Under the pieces are notes generated by a model. That model worked only from the letters and a program-made list of their open reading frames with translations, did not search any database and was not told the origin of the DNA. The position numbers and the translations under genes were made by a program. A stretch of DNA of 52,846 bases from Bdellovibrio sp. (GTDB lineage Bacteria > Bdellovibrionota > UBA1018). The stretch covers positions 6,448 to 59,293 of the forward strand of contig JACPOE010000009.1 of assembly GCA_016185105.1 (NCBI GenBank). Reading direction: 5' to 3'. How positions within the stretch are numbered: position 1 is the stretch's first letter; each line of letters begins with the position of its first letter. Positions 10,608 through 19,686 of this stretch are shown here, one piece after another.

Positions 10608-11813
10608 ATGAATCGACGCCCTATTCTGGCTTTTTTGGTCGTTTTAGGTCTATCTTTCACAGGCTATAAACTTTTTCCGAAATCAAACTGGGTGCATGCA
10701 GGAAGTTCACTTCCGGCTGTAGCACCTTCGGAAGCTAGCCCTTTATCCCCTCCCAGCCCCTCCTCTGCACCACCCCCGGCTGCTGCAGTGGCGACTTCTT
10801 ACGCTTATTATGATGCTCTGCCAGATATGATCGAAAGAGTCTCTCCTGGGGTGGTGAACATTAGTTCGGTCACCGTGATCAACTATCAAGTTTATGGCAT
10901 GGACCAGTTTATGCGCCTCTGGGGGATGCCCGCAGAACGCAAGCAAAGCTCGCTGGGCTCTGGGTTCATCATTGACCAAGATGGGTACGTGATCACCAAT
11001 AATCACGTTGTCGAACAGGCCACTGAAGTTTTGGTGACCCTGCCTGACAAGCGCCAGTTCAAAGCAAAAATTGTTGGTAAAGACGAGAAAATGGATCTTG
11101 CTCTGCTTCAGCTCTGGGATTCCAACCGAAAGATCCCGGCAAACCTCAAGCCAGTAGTCATTGGGAATTCGGATTTAGTTCGTATCGGCGAGACCGTAGT
11201 CGCAGTTGGAAATCCCTTCGGGCTGCAAAACACTGTCACGCGTGGGATCATCAGCGCAAAGAATCGGACCATTGGCCTTGGTCCCTTCGACAATTTCTTA
11301 CAAACAGATGCCTCGATTAACCCCGGAAACAGCGGAGGCCCCCTTTTTAATATTCGGGGCGAAGTCATCGGGATCAATTCAGCTATTCATTCTCAGACAG
11401 GTCAAAGCAGTGGCCTTGGATTCGCAATCCCAACCAACGAGGCAGTGAAGCTTTTACCAGATCTAAAACGGTACGGCAGAATTCCTAGACCTTGGCTGGG
11501 CATCCTGGGCGAAAAAATATCCCCACAATTACAGCACTACTACCGTATCCCAACTGAAAAAGGGGTCCTGATTTTTAACCTAGTCCAAGGAGCCCCTTCA
11601 GACCGGGCGGGTCTACGGCAGGGCGATATTCTGCTTGAGATTGACGGAGTTGAAACAAATGAAACAAACGATGTAGAAAAACTCCTTGCAAAGCATAAGC
11701 CCGACGAAGTAGTTACCGTTAAGGTTTATCGTGGAAACCTTAAGCCTCGGGAGATCAAGATTCAACTTGAAGAGCTTCCTCGCCTAGAAAACCTCCCACG
11801 TGGAATTTTGTAG
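10608..11813 (+). CDS. HtrA/DegP-family serine protease with one PDZ domain
   Basis: Catalytic triad contexts TNNHVV, DLALLQ and GNSGGPL, with a C-terminal PDZ-like GDILLEIDG. The ATG at 10608 gives the signal-like N-terminus MNRRPILAFLVVLGLSF. Confidence 0.9.
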   Translation: MNRRPILAFLVVLGLSFTGYKLFPKSNWVHAGSSLPAVAPSEASPLSPPSPSSAPPPAAAVATSYAYYDALPDMIERVSPGVVNISSVTVINYQVYGMDQFMRLWGMPAERKQSSLGSGFIIDQDGYVITNNHVVEQATEVLVTLPDKRQFKAKIVGKDEKMDLALLQLWDSNRKIPANLKPVVIGNSDLVRIGETVVAVGNPFGLQNTVTRGIISAKNRTIGLGPFDNFLQTDASINPGNSGGPLFNIRGEVIGINSAIHSQTGQSSGLGFAIPTNEAVKLLPDLKRYGRIPRPWLGILGEKISPQLQHYYRIPTEKGVLIFNLVQGAPSDRAGLRQGDILLEIDGVETNETNDVEKLLAKHKPDEVVTVKVYRGNLKPREIKIQLEELPRLENLPRGIL

Positions 11814-11816
11814 TAT

Positions 11817-12410
11817 ATGGAAAGAAGAAAAACGTCGGTATCTAAGTCAAGCCCGCTGCCTCAGGACTACCTCAAGATGGTCAGGGAAGTTTTCGGTGAC
11901 CATTTCAAAGAAGGCCTGGACGCCTACTGCAAACTCCGACCTAACTCGCGTTTTGAAATCGATGGAGCAGTTTACGCGGACGAAGTTGTCTTGGCTGTAT
12001 GCCTTGCCAGTGACCAAACCCTAGCAGCAACAACATGGTACGCTAGTGCCGATTTCGACCCAAAAGCAAGTGCCCCTAGCGTTCAGGATTTACTGTCGGC
12101 TTGTGTGGACACCTTGGCTGGGGTTGTGAATGAGATCATTTCAGCCGATAAGCCTGAAAAACTAGAACAAGTCGCTGATGAATCTCTTTCTGCTCTAGAA
12201 GACGCTCCGTTCCAATGGACCAAATACGAGACAGATCGCCGCGACATTTTCGTCAAAGTCGATAAAGCAAATCTACGAGTAGATCAGCAAGCGGATGAGT
12301 GGCTTGCTAAAAATGATCCTGACTTTAAGAAAAACTCCGAAAACGAAAGCAAAGCAACCGAAGACCTGTTTTTTACAGGACCCAAAACGAAAAAGCCCCA
12401 AACGAATTAG
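11817..12410 (+). CDS. hypothetical acidic protein
   Basis: 197-aa ORF starting 4 nt after the protease stop. No motif recognised. Confidence 0.55.
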   Translation: MERRKTSVSKSSPLPQDYLKMVREVFGDHFKEGLDAYCKLRPNSRFEIDGAVYADEVVLAVCLASDQTLAATTWYASADFDPKASAPSVQDLLSACVDTLAGVVNEIISADKPEKLEQVADESLSALEDAPFQWTKYETDRRDIFVKVDKANLRVDQQADEWLAKNDPDFKKNSENESKATEDLFFTGPKTKKPQTN

Positions 12411-12436
12411 TAAAGCTACCGAGTTGGAGCTAGGTG

Positions 12437-13489
12437 TTATTTATTCGCCGTGGTCAGTCTTGCCAAAGTCATTTGAAGTCTTTCGGCGGTCCAATCTTGA
12501 AACCCTTTTGGAACATTGGTTCCTAATAGACTTAAGACTCTCGCTCTAAGTTCTTCAATATCGATTTCTTTTTCTTCAGACGAAAGTTCTTCTTTATCTG
12601 CTTTGAGAGCTACAGGAGGATTGGCTGCTTTTTTGGGAGGCGCTGGTAGCGCGAGAAGGTTTGGAGAGTTTTTCGTTTCCTTTTTACCAGGACCGGCAAC
12701 ATCAGCAGCGGCTGGGTTTGCATTGTTACGACTCGCGAAGGCTACTGGATCCAAGGACTCGGCAAACAACCGGAGTGAATCTAGGGAAAAGTCTTCGTCC
12801 TTCTTCAGTTTCAAGTACAGCGGTTTAATATAGATGGCTTGAATTTTTCCGTCGTGAACCAAACGTTCGGTCATCATGTCAAAAGTCTGATCCAATTGAC
12901 CTAACAAACGCTCAGCAAAATAAAGACGATCTTCCGGATTTTGAGAATCCAGTTGGTCTTTCATCCGCAAGTAACATGAAATCGCCTCCTCCATTACCCA
13001 ATCTTTTACGAGGGGATAGACTGCTGCGACTGCTGCTTCGACTTCGACAGCACTAGAGCCAAGAACTTTCGCGGTATCCATTAAGAATTCGTCTTCAGCC
13101 CGATCCCGAAACTGATTTCGACTCAATTTCAACGCTACCTCTAAGTCATCCGTCTTCTTCAAGTTTTGCGCTCTGCCAGAGATAGCCTTCAACGCCTCTA
13201 ATACTTCAGAAAGATCAGCAGACTTGATCATCCCGTCAATCCAAGTCTGTTCTGCGTCTTGAAAATCGAGTTTTAAAAACTGACCAGACTCAACCAGACT
13301 CTGAAAAATGCCAATCTGAATTTGAATTTCTTCGCCCCACTGAACATCAGCAGCGACTTTTGGGTCTAAAGCTAGGTTATTTACGACAGGGACCAATCGT
13401 CCTTGAAACTGAAGAGGAGTCCAAGCCACACTACCCAAAAAGGCAAGCGCGACAACCACTACGTTCAAAACTCTTAGCTTCAATCCCAT
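12437..13489 (-). CDS. hypothetical exported protein
   Basis: 350-aa ORF with signal-like N-terminus MGLKLRVLNVVVVALAFLGSVAW. No motif recognised. Confidence 0.6.
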   Translation of the reverse strand: MGLKLRVLNVVVVALAFLGSVAWTPLQFQGRLVPVVNNLALDPKVAADVQWGEEIQIQIGIFQSLVESGQFLKLDFQDAEQTWIDGMIKSADLSEVLEALKAISGRAQNLKKTDDLEVALKLSRNQFRDRAEDEFLMDTAKVLGSSAVEVEAAVAAVYPLVKDWVMEEAISCYLRMKDQLDSQNPEDRLYFAERLLGQLDQTFDMMTERLVHDGKIQAIYIKPLYLKLKKDEDFSLDSLRLFAESLDPVAFASRNNANPAAADVAGPGKKETKNSPNLLALPAPPKKAANPPVALKADKEELSSEEKEIDIEELRARVLSLLGTNVPKGFQDWTAERLQMTLARLTTANK

Positions 13490-13594
13490 AAATACCTCAA
13501 TTCAAAAAGAAGAGGTATTATGCTAAAGGTAATAAGTCAATAAGGTATATTTAACCCCATGAAAAGACACTTGAATCCGAAACTTCAGAACACC

Positions 13595-14365
13595 TTAGAA
13601 AGCTTCGGTCTCGTCATCAAAATCTCTCTTTATGGTATCAATGAGAGAATCCACCGACTCTGCGTTTTCGGCTTCGAAATCATCCACAGACTCATCTAGA
13701 TCAAGGTCGTAAATGACTTTAGCAAAATCCTTGTCATTGGCCAGGTCTTGACGAATTGCTTCGATGTATTTGTCTGGATACTTCAGAATAAGCTCTTCAA
13801 TGTATTGATTGAGCTTCTTTTCACGCAGGATGGTTTCCTTGCGTTTAATTTTTTTCCAATTTTTAATGTAGTGAAGCCGGCAATAACCCCCGGATGTGGC
13901 AAGCCCTTCACAAGCAACTTCACGACATACCGTTTCCCCTAATGAATTCACATAGGGCAACAAGGAGTTCACCGACTGGGATTTCACACCATGGTGACCT
14001 CGGGACCCATGAAGAATCGCCGACTTTGCTGATGAATTTTCTTTACCTGTCCGTACTGCTGTTGCTTTCATTTTTGAGGAAGCCTTAGAAACTGCTGATT
14101 CTTTTTTAGTTGGTTTTGCCGCCGGTTTTTTTTGAACCGGCGCCGCTGTTTTAAATTTAGCTTTCGACGCAGCTGTTTTCTTACCGCCAAAAACCAAAGT
14201 CTTAATACTCTCAAGCTTCGAAGGCTTTTTTACCCCTTTAGCTGGAGGTTTCTGAGAGCCCATATAAGCCACGGAAGCCCCTGTTTGGACTTTCTTTTTG
14301 TCTCGACCTGTATTCGCAGTCCGTGACACAGACCCAGCCACTTTTCGAGTTGATTTTGTATTCAT
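13595..14365 (-). CDS. Lys/Ala/Pro-rich basic protein with Cys motif and acidic tail
   Basis: ORF with an internal ATG at 14365, which avoids overlap with nagA. The N-terminal half is K/A/P/S low complexity (KKPAAKPTKKESAVSKASSKMKA). It is followed by CREVACEGLATSGGYCRLHYIKNW and a D/E-rich C-terminus. Confidence 0.55.
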   Translation of the reverse strand: MNTKSTRKVAGSVSRTANTGRDKKKVQTGASVAYMGSQKPPAKGVKKPSKLESIKTLVFGGKKTAASKAKFKTAAPVQKKPAAKPTKKESAVSKASSKMKATAVRTGKENSSAKSAILHGSRGHHGVKSQSVNSLLPYVNSLGETVCREVACEGLATSGGYCRLHYIKNWKKIKRKETILREKKLNQYIEELILKYPDKYIEAIRQDLANDKDFAKVIYDLDLDESVDDFEAENAESVDSLIDTIKRDFDDETEAF

Positions 14366-14439
14366 CTCTCTTTTGTCTCTATCCAAGACCGTAAACGTTA
14401 TTCGTTTCAGGCCTTTTTTGAATATGGTACGCTGTAGAG

Positions 14440-15522
14440 GTGTCACGCCACACCACTACAGTCAAGATTAAACTGCTGAAATCGCTTAAAACCGGAGGGA
14501 ATTACGCCCCATTTGCGAGGAAATTTCAACCGAAATTAACAGCCAAAGAGGTGGAATCTTTAGGCGCGGTCGATATCCATTTCCATGGGGCCTTTGGGGT
14601 TGATTTGATGTCAGCAAGTCTCACAGACTTAGATCAACTTTCTGCCGAGCTTTGGAAGCATGGGGTCGCCGGGTTTTGCCCAACCACCCTATCGGCGCCG
14701 GAACCTACACTGTTAGAAACAGTAGCTCAGCTCGGAAAATGGATCCGCCGTGAGCGACACCCTGGAGCCCAACCTCTAGGCATCCATCTGGAAGGTCCAT
14801 TTATCGCACCGCATGCCTGTGGTGCCCATCCCAAAAAAACTGTGCGCCGATTCAACTGGAAAGAGTTCTTATCCCTTTGGAGGGCAAGCCAAAAAACCCT
14901 TAAAATTGTCACCCTAGCTCCTGAGCAAATCAGCCGATTGGACTTATTAAGACTGATTGAATTCGCTAAAGAAAATGAAATTCGCCTGAGTGTTGGGCAC
15001 ACCTCTGCTGGACAGGTGCAGGCGGCAGCTTTTTTTCAAAAAGGGATTTGTAGTGTAACCCACGCTTGGAATGCCATGGCGTTTCATCACAGAGATCCGG
15101 GCGTTTTAGGTGCAGCCCTGGGAAACCCAAAGATTTGGATCGAGCTCATTCCAGATCAGGTCCATGTCAGCGGGCGGGTGCTAGACTGGACAACCCAAAT
15201 CCACCCGCAAAACCGGGTCTGTTTTGTGTCTGATTGTATCCCACCAGGCGGGGTTCGCTCTAGAGGAAAGGGTGTTTTTGGTCCACTAGAGGTACGAATC
15301 CAGGACGGCGCATGCCGCCTTCCCTCTGGGGCTCTTGCCGGAGGATCAAAACTTCTTCCGCTTTCATTTTCTGAGTGGCTCTACGGGTACTGTTACCGAC
15401 ACAACACCCCAGTAGAAGCCGTCTTTCGCAGAGCCTTGGCCTATATCACCACTAACCCGCTTGAGATGCTCCAACTCCGGCCTGGAATTTTAAGCCACCG
15501 TCGAGTTCTCTGGCAGATCTAA
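14440..15522 (+). CDS. nagA: N-acetylglucosamine-6-phosphate deacetylase
   Basis: Metal-binding and active-site contexts VDIHFHG, HLEGPFI, VGHTSA, THAWNAM and IPDQVHV. Confidence 0.85.
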   Translation: MSRHTTTVKIKLLKSLKTGGNYAPFARKFQPKLTAKEVESLGAVDIHFHGAFGVDLMSASLTDLDQLSAELWKHGVAGFCPTTLSAPEPTLLETVAQLGKWIRRERHPGAQPLGIHLEGPFIAPHACGAHPKKTVRRFNWKEFLSLWRASQKTLKIVTLAPEQISRLDLLRLIEFAKENEIRLSVGHTSAGQVQAAAFFQKGICSVTHAWNAMAFHHRDPGVLGAALGNPKIWIELIPDQVHVSGRVLDWTTQIHPQNRVCFVSDCIPPGGVRSRGKGVFGPLEVRIQDGACRLPSGALAGGSKLLPLSFSEWLYGYCYRHNTPVEAVFRRALAYITTNPLEMLQLRPGILSHRRVLWQI

Positions 15523-15542
15523 GCCAACTCCAGACTTAGGGG

Positions 15543-15571
15543 TTGACTGAACCCCCACGTGACGTTAATGT
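15543..15571 (+). promoter_or_regulatory. candidate sigma70-type promoter for yceD-rpmF-fab operon
   Basis: TTGACT (15543-15548), a 17-nt spacer, then TAATGT (15566-15571), about 78 nt upstream of the yceD ATG. Confidence 0.35.
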
Positions 15572-15648
15572 CCGACACCTTAGAGCAGTTATAGATTGGT
15601 AGCCCTAACCCCTGGTAAACATTCCAGGACGGGCGCCGGGGTTAAAGA

Positions 15649-16311
15649 ATGAAAGTTTTCTTAAATGAAATTACAGAACAGGGGAAAGACCTCGACTTTT
15701 CGGAAGCGGATAGTTGGGTCAAGCAAGCTGTTCTCAACATAGATGAGCACCCTGAAGGGAAAGAATCATTTCTCAGCCCTCCTGCCTCTCGTGAAACGCC
15801 CCGGACGATTCGCGCCCACTTTTCAATTAGAAAAGTTGATGGCGTGGTGGTGATCAGCGGGAAAATTCAGACTCATGTTGAGCTCATGTGTAGTCGTTGC
15901 GCTGGCTCCTTCGCCTACCCCTGCGATCCAACGTTTTCAGCCCTTTTTTGTAAAGATCCTGTCATGGCCGGAGTGGGATATCTTCAGAAACAAAGCAATG
16001 ACTCTCGCGAAGCCGGCCGGCCGGCTGGACAGAACCATGGTTGGGCTAGACACGCGCACAACCCTGAAGACGACGACCTTATTGCTGAAGGCAAAGATTT
16101 AGACATAACTTACCTATCTCATGATTTCATTGATCTAGCTGATGTGCTAAAAGAGCAGCTTCAGCTTCAGATTCCGTTTCAACCTCTTTGCAAGGAAACC
16201 TGCAAAGGGATTTGCTCGCAGTGCGGGACGGATCTCAATCAAGGTCGCTGTGCATGCGCCAAGATTGAGAAGCGACGTCCTTTTTCAGTCCTCAGGGACT
16301 TTAAAATTTAA
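15649..16311 (+). CDS. yceD: YceD/DUF177 family protein
   Basis: CSRC ... CKETCKGICSQCGTDLNQGRCAC Cys cluster, in the classic position directly upstream of rpmF. Confidence 0.85.
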   Translation: MKVFLNEITEQGKDLDFSEADSWVKQAVLNIDEHPEGKESFLSPPASRETPRTIRAHFSIRKVDGVVVISGKIQTHVELMCSRCAGSFAYPCDPTFSALFCKDPVMAGVGYLQKQSNDSREAGRPAGQNHGWARHAHNPEDDDLIAEGKDLDITYLSHDFIDLADVLKEQLQLQIPFQPLCKETCKGICSQCGTDLNQGRCACAKIEKRRPFSVLRDFKI

Positions 16312-16322
16312 GGAGACCGAAA

Positions 16323-16523
16323 ATGGCAGTACCAAAGAAAAAAGTATCTAAGAGTCGTAGAAATATGCGCAGATTTGCTGCAGGCAACAAGCTTGGTAAA
16401 ACTGCGGTTGTGAATTGCACCAGCTGCAATGAACCCACCCGTCCCCATCGTGTTTGTAAGTGTGGACAGTATGCGGGGAAACAGATTCTTCCTGCTCCTC
16501 AGACCAAAGAAGTTCAAGCCTAA
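16323..16523 (+). CDS. rpmF: 50S ribosomal protein L32
   Basis: MAVPKKKVSKSRRNMRR N-terminus, 66 aa, SD AAGGAG upstream. Confidence 0.95.
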   Translation: MAVPKKKVSKSRRNMRRFAAGNKLGKTAVVNCTSCNEPTRPHRVCKCGQYAGKQILPAPQTKEVQA

Positions 16524-16535
16524 GACTTTTTTGCC

Positions 16536-17555
16536 GTGACAAATTTGAAAACCGGGTACGCTTTTAGCACTCGACTCAGTGGGGTAGGTTCGGCCTTTCC
16601 AGCTCGAAGACTATCAAACGACGAACTTTCGAAGACCGTAGAGACTTCTAACGAGTGGATTCTGGAAAGAACGGGAATTCGGGAGCGCCGAATTTCTGAC
16701 CCAACCAATGAAGATGAATGTAACTCTTCTTTGGGATTCGCTGCTTCTAAGCGAGCATTGGAAATGGCTGGAAAGTCTGCAGATGAGATCGATCTGATCA
16801 TCTATGCGACGTGTACTCCGGATACTTTGATCCCGTCTACAGCGTGCTTCCTACAGAAGAAACTTGGAGCTTCCAAAGCCGCAGCCTTTGACGTTAATGC
16901 AGCCTGTTCAGGATTTATTTTCGGTCTGTCTGTGGCAGATCAGTTTATCCGAACGGGGCAAGCAAAGACGATCTTAGTTGTTGGGGCTGATGTCCTCAGC
17001 ACTTTCACAAATTGGCAGGATCGAACTTCTTGTATCTTGTTTGGTGATGGTGCTGGCGCTGCAATCCTAGAGCGGACTGAAGCAAATGCTTCTCAAAGAA
17101 TTCTCTCGACCCACATAGGGAGCGATGGAACTCTTTGGGATTTGTTCCATCTTCCTGCCGGTGGCTCGAAAATGGAAACCACTCCCGAAGTTTTGGCCCA
17201 AAATCTTCATAAGATGCAGATGAAAGGCAAAGAAATTTTTAAGTCGGCGGTTCGGACTCTGGCCGATTACGCTGCGAAAGCAATTGAGTCAAATCAGATT
17301 AATCTGAGTCAGGTAGATTGGTTAGTCCCTCACCAGGCAAATTTGAGAATTATTGAAGCCGTGGCGAAAAGACTAAACTTTCCAATGGAGAAAGTTCTGG
17401 TCAATATTGATCGCTATGGAAACACCTCCTCTGCAACTGTCCCTAGCGCGTTTGATGAGGCAGTTCGCGACGGTAGGATCAAAAAAGGTCAAATCATCCT
17501 TTTTGACGTTTTTGGTGCGGGCCTGACCTATGGATCAGTCCTGTTAAGGTGGTAA
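16536..17555 (+). CDS. fabH: beta-ketoacyl-ACP synthase III
   Basis: AACSGF active-site Cys, HQANLRI, GNTSSA. GTG start. Confidence 0.95.
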   Translation: MTNLKTGYAFSTRLSGVGSAFPARRLSNDELSKTVETSNEWILERTGIRERRISDPTNEDECNSSLGFAASKRALEMAGKSADEIDLIIYATCTPDTLIPSTACFLQKKLGASKAAAFDVNAACSGFIFGLSVADQFIRTGQAKTILVVGADVLSTFTNWQDRTSCILFGDGAGAAILERTEANASQRILSTHIGSDGTLWDLFHLPAGGSKMETTPEVLAQNLHKMQMKGKEIFKSAVRTLADYAAKAIESNQINLSQVDWLVPHQANLRIIEAVAKRLNFPMEKVLVNIDRYGNTSSATVPSAFDEAVRDGRIKKGQIILFDVFGAGLTYGSVLLRW

Positions 17556-17585
17556 TCGGGGATCAAGAACTAAGGAAAAGAGAAT

Positions 17586-18611
17586 ATGGCTGGTTTAGCA
17601 TTTCCAAATGTCATTGCAGTGTTCCCTGGACAAGGCTCGCAAACGGTAGGAATGGGAAAAGATCTGTATGAAAATTTTTCGATAGCACGAGAAATTTTTG
17701 AAGAGGCATCCGACGCCATTTCTGTCGATCTGAAAAAGCTCTGCTTCGATGGGCCTGCTTCAGATTTGACTCTGACTGAAAATACTCAGCCTTGCCTCCT
17801 AGTGACTTCTGTCGCCGCGTTTCGTGTTGCACAAAAAGAACTCGATTTTGCTCCGGGCGTCACTGCGGGTCACTCCCTAGGGGAATACTCGGCCCTGGTC
17901 GCCAACGGTAGCCTCGAAATTTCGACTGCCACTCGATGGGTCCGTGAACGAGGTGCCGCGATGCAAAGAGCAGTGCCTGCGGGAGCCGGCTCCATGGCTG
18001 CCGTGATGGGTATGGAGGATGCTATCGTCCAACGTCTTTGCAGCAAGGCAACTGAGCTCGCCCATGAAGACCGAATTAGACAAGGCTCGACTTCCCCAGT
18101 AGAAGCCGTAGTGGAACCAGCGAACTTCAACGCACCTGGGCAGGTGGTGATTGCTGGCTCAGACGATGGCGTCAAAAAAGCCCTGGAACTTTTGAAATCA
18201 GACTCGGAGTTTTCAGGAGGGAAGGCTATCCCCCTACAGGTCAGTGCACCTTTTCATTGCCGACTGATGAAGCCCGCCCGCGATCGAATGCACCAGGTTT
18301 TTGAAGCAACCGCTTTTAAACCTAACACTCCTCTGTTTCCGTATGTACCGAATCGAACAGGTCGGCTCACTGGTGAGGCAGGCGTGGTGCTCGGACTACT
18401 CGAGGAACAGGTGGATCACCCAGTTCTCTGGAAGCAGTCCGTTATGGCTCTTTTAGAAGGCCCTTACAACAAAGCTATTGAATTTGGCCCAGGAAAGGTT
18501 CTAACAGGTCTGATCAAGCGTATTGCCACACAGTCCTCACGCAACCTGAGCCTGGCAAATGTGTCCGACTCTTCCGGAATCAAGAGCCTGGATGCATTTT
18601 TGAAATCATAA
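17586..18611 (+). CDS. fabD: malonyl CoA-ACP transacylase
   Basis: FPGQGSQ and GHSLGEYSA motifs. Confidence 0.93.
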   Translation: MAGLAFPNVIAVFPGQGSQTVGMGKDLYENFSIAREIFEEASDAISVDLKKLCFDGPASDLTLTENTQPCLLVTSVAAFRVAQKELDFAPGVTAGHSLGEYSALVANGSLEISTATRWVRERGAAMQRAVPAGAGSMAAVMGMEDAIVQRLCSKATELAHEDRIRQGSTSPVEAVVEPANFNAPGQVVIAGSDDGVKKALELLKSDSEFSGGKAIPLQVSAPFHCRLMKPARDRMHQVFEATAFKPNTPLFPYVPNRTGRLTGEAGVVLGLLEEQVDHPVLWKQSVMALLEGPYNKAIEFGPGKVLTGLIKRIATQSSRNLSLANVSDSSGIKSLDAFLKS

Positions 18612-18642
18612 TTGTTTAATTTTTAGATAGGAAATTGAATTT

Positions 18643-19392
18643 ATGACAAACACCACAGCAGTCAAAACGGCTCTTGTCACTGGGGCATCCAGAGGAATTG
18701 GTGCCGCAATTGCCTTACGTTTGGCGAAAGATGGCTTTTACGTCTATGTGAACTACACCTCAAACGAAGCCAAAGCCCGTGAAGTCCTTGATCAAATTTC
18801 TGCCGCCGGGGGATCCGGTGAACTTTGTCGGTTTGATGTTTCAGATTCAACACAAGTAGATGAAAAAATTGCGGCCATCGGAAAAACGAAGGCCCCTTTA
18901 AGTGTTTTAGTAAATAATGCCGGCATCACAGTTGACTCTCTTCTCATCAGAATGAAGGACGAAGATCTCGAAAAAACGCTAAGTGTTGATTTAAAAGGGG
19001 CAATTTACTGCACCCGCGCCGCAGCAATACAAATGATGCGGCAGCGCTCAGGAAGCATTATTCAAATATCTTCCGTGGTTGGCGAGAGCGGCAATCCAGG
19101 CCAGGCGGCATATTCAGCTGCAAAGGCGGGCCTGATTGGGTTTACCAAGAGTGTTGCGAAGGAACTGGCTAGCCGGCAGGTTCGTGTGAACGTTGTCACT
19201 CCTGGTTTCATTGCTACAGATATGACAGGGGCCTTGACTGAACCTCAAAAAGAGGCGATTCTGCGCAGCGTCCCCCTAGGATTTTTTGGAGCTCCAGATG
19301 ATATTGCATGCGTGGCTTCCTTTCTGGCATCTTCAGCCAGTCGGTATATCACGGGTCAAGTCATTGGAGTAAATGGCGGAATGTACATGTAA
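18643..19392 (+). CDS. fabG: 3-oxoacyl-ACP reductase
   Basis: TGASRGIG, NNAG, YSAAKAG. Confidence 0.93.
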   Translation: MTNTTAVKTALVTGASRGIGAAIALRLAKDGFYVYVNYTSNEAKAREVLDQISAAGGSGELCRFDVSDSTQVDEKIAAIGKTKAPLSVLVNNAGITVDSLLIRMKDEDLEKTLSVDLKGAIYCTRAAAIQMMRQRSGSIIQISSVVGESGNPGQAAYSAAKAGLIGFTKSVAKELASRQVRVNVVTPGFIATDMTGALTEPQKEAILRSVPLGFFGAPDDIACVASFLASSASRYITGQVIGVNGGMYM

Positions 19393-19408
19393 TGAAGGAG
19401 AAATTTAA

Positions 19409-19651
19409 ATGAGCGTTTCTGTTGAAGATAAGGTCAAAAATATTATTTGTGACCAGCTTGCGGTTGAGTCTGAAAAAGTTGTTTTGACTGCTTCCTTTAT
19501 CGATGATCTCGGTGCTGACAGCCTCGATATCGTTGAATTGGTTATGACTATGGAAGAAGAGTTCGATCTCGATATTCCAGATGAAGATGCAGAAAAGATG
19601 AAGACTGTGGGAGATGTCATTAAGTATATTTCCTCAAAGTCGACTCATTAA
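19409..19651 (+). CDS. acpP: acyl carrier protein
   Basis: [20 protein letters not shown] phosphopantetheine site, strong SD GAAGGAG. Confidence 0.97.
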   Translation: MSVSVEDKVKNIICDQLAVESEKVVLTASFIDDLGADSLDIVELVMTMEEEFDLDIPDEDAEKMKTVGDVIKYISSKSTH

Positions 19652-19686
19652 TTATTTGCGCATCTGACCACAAGGAGAATCGAGTC

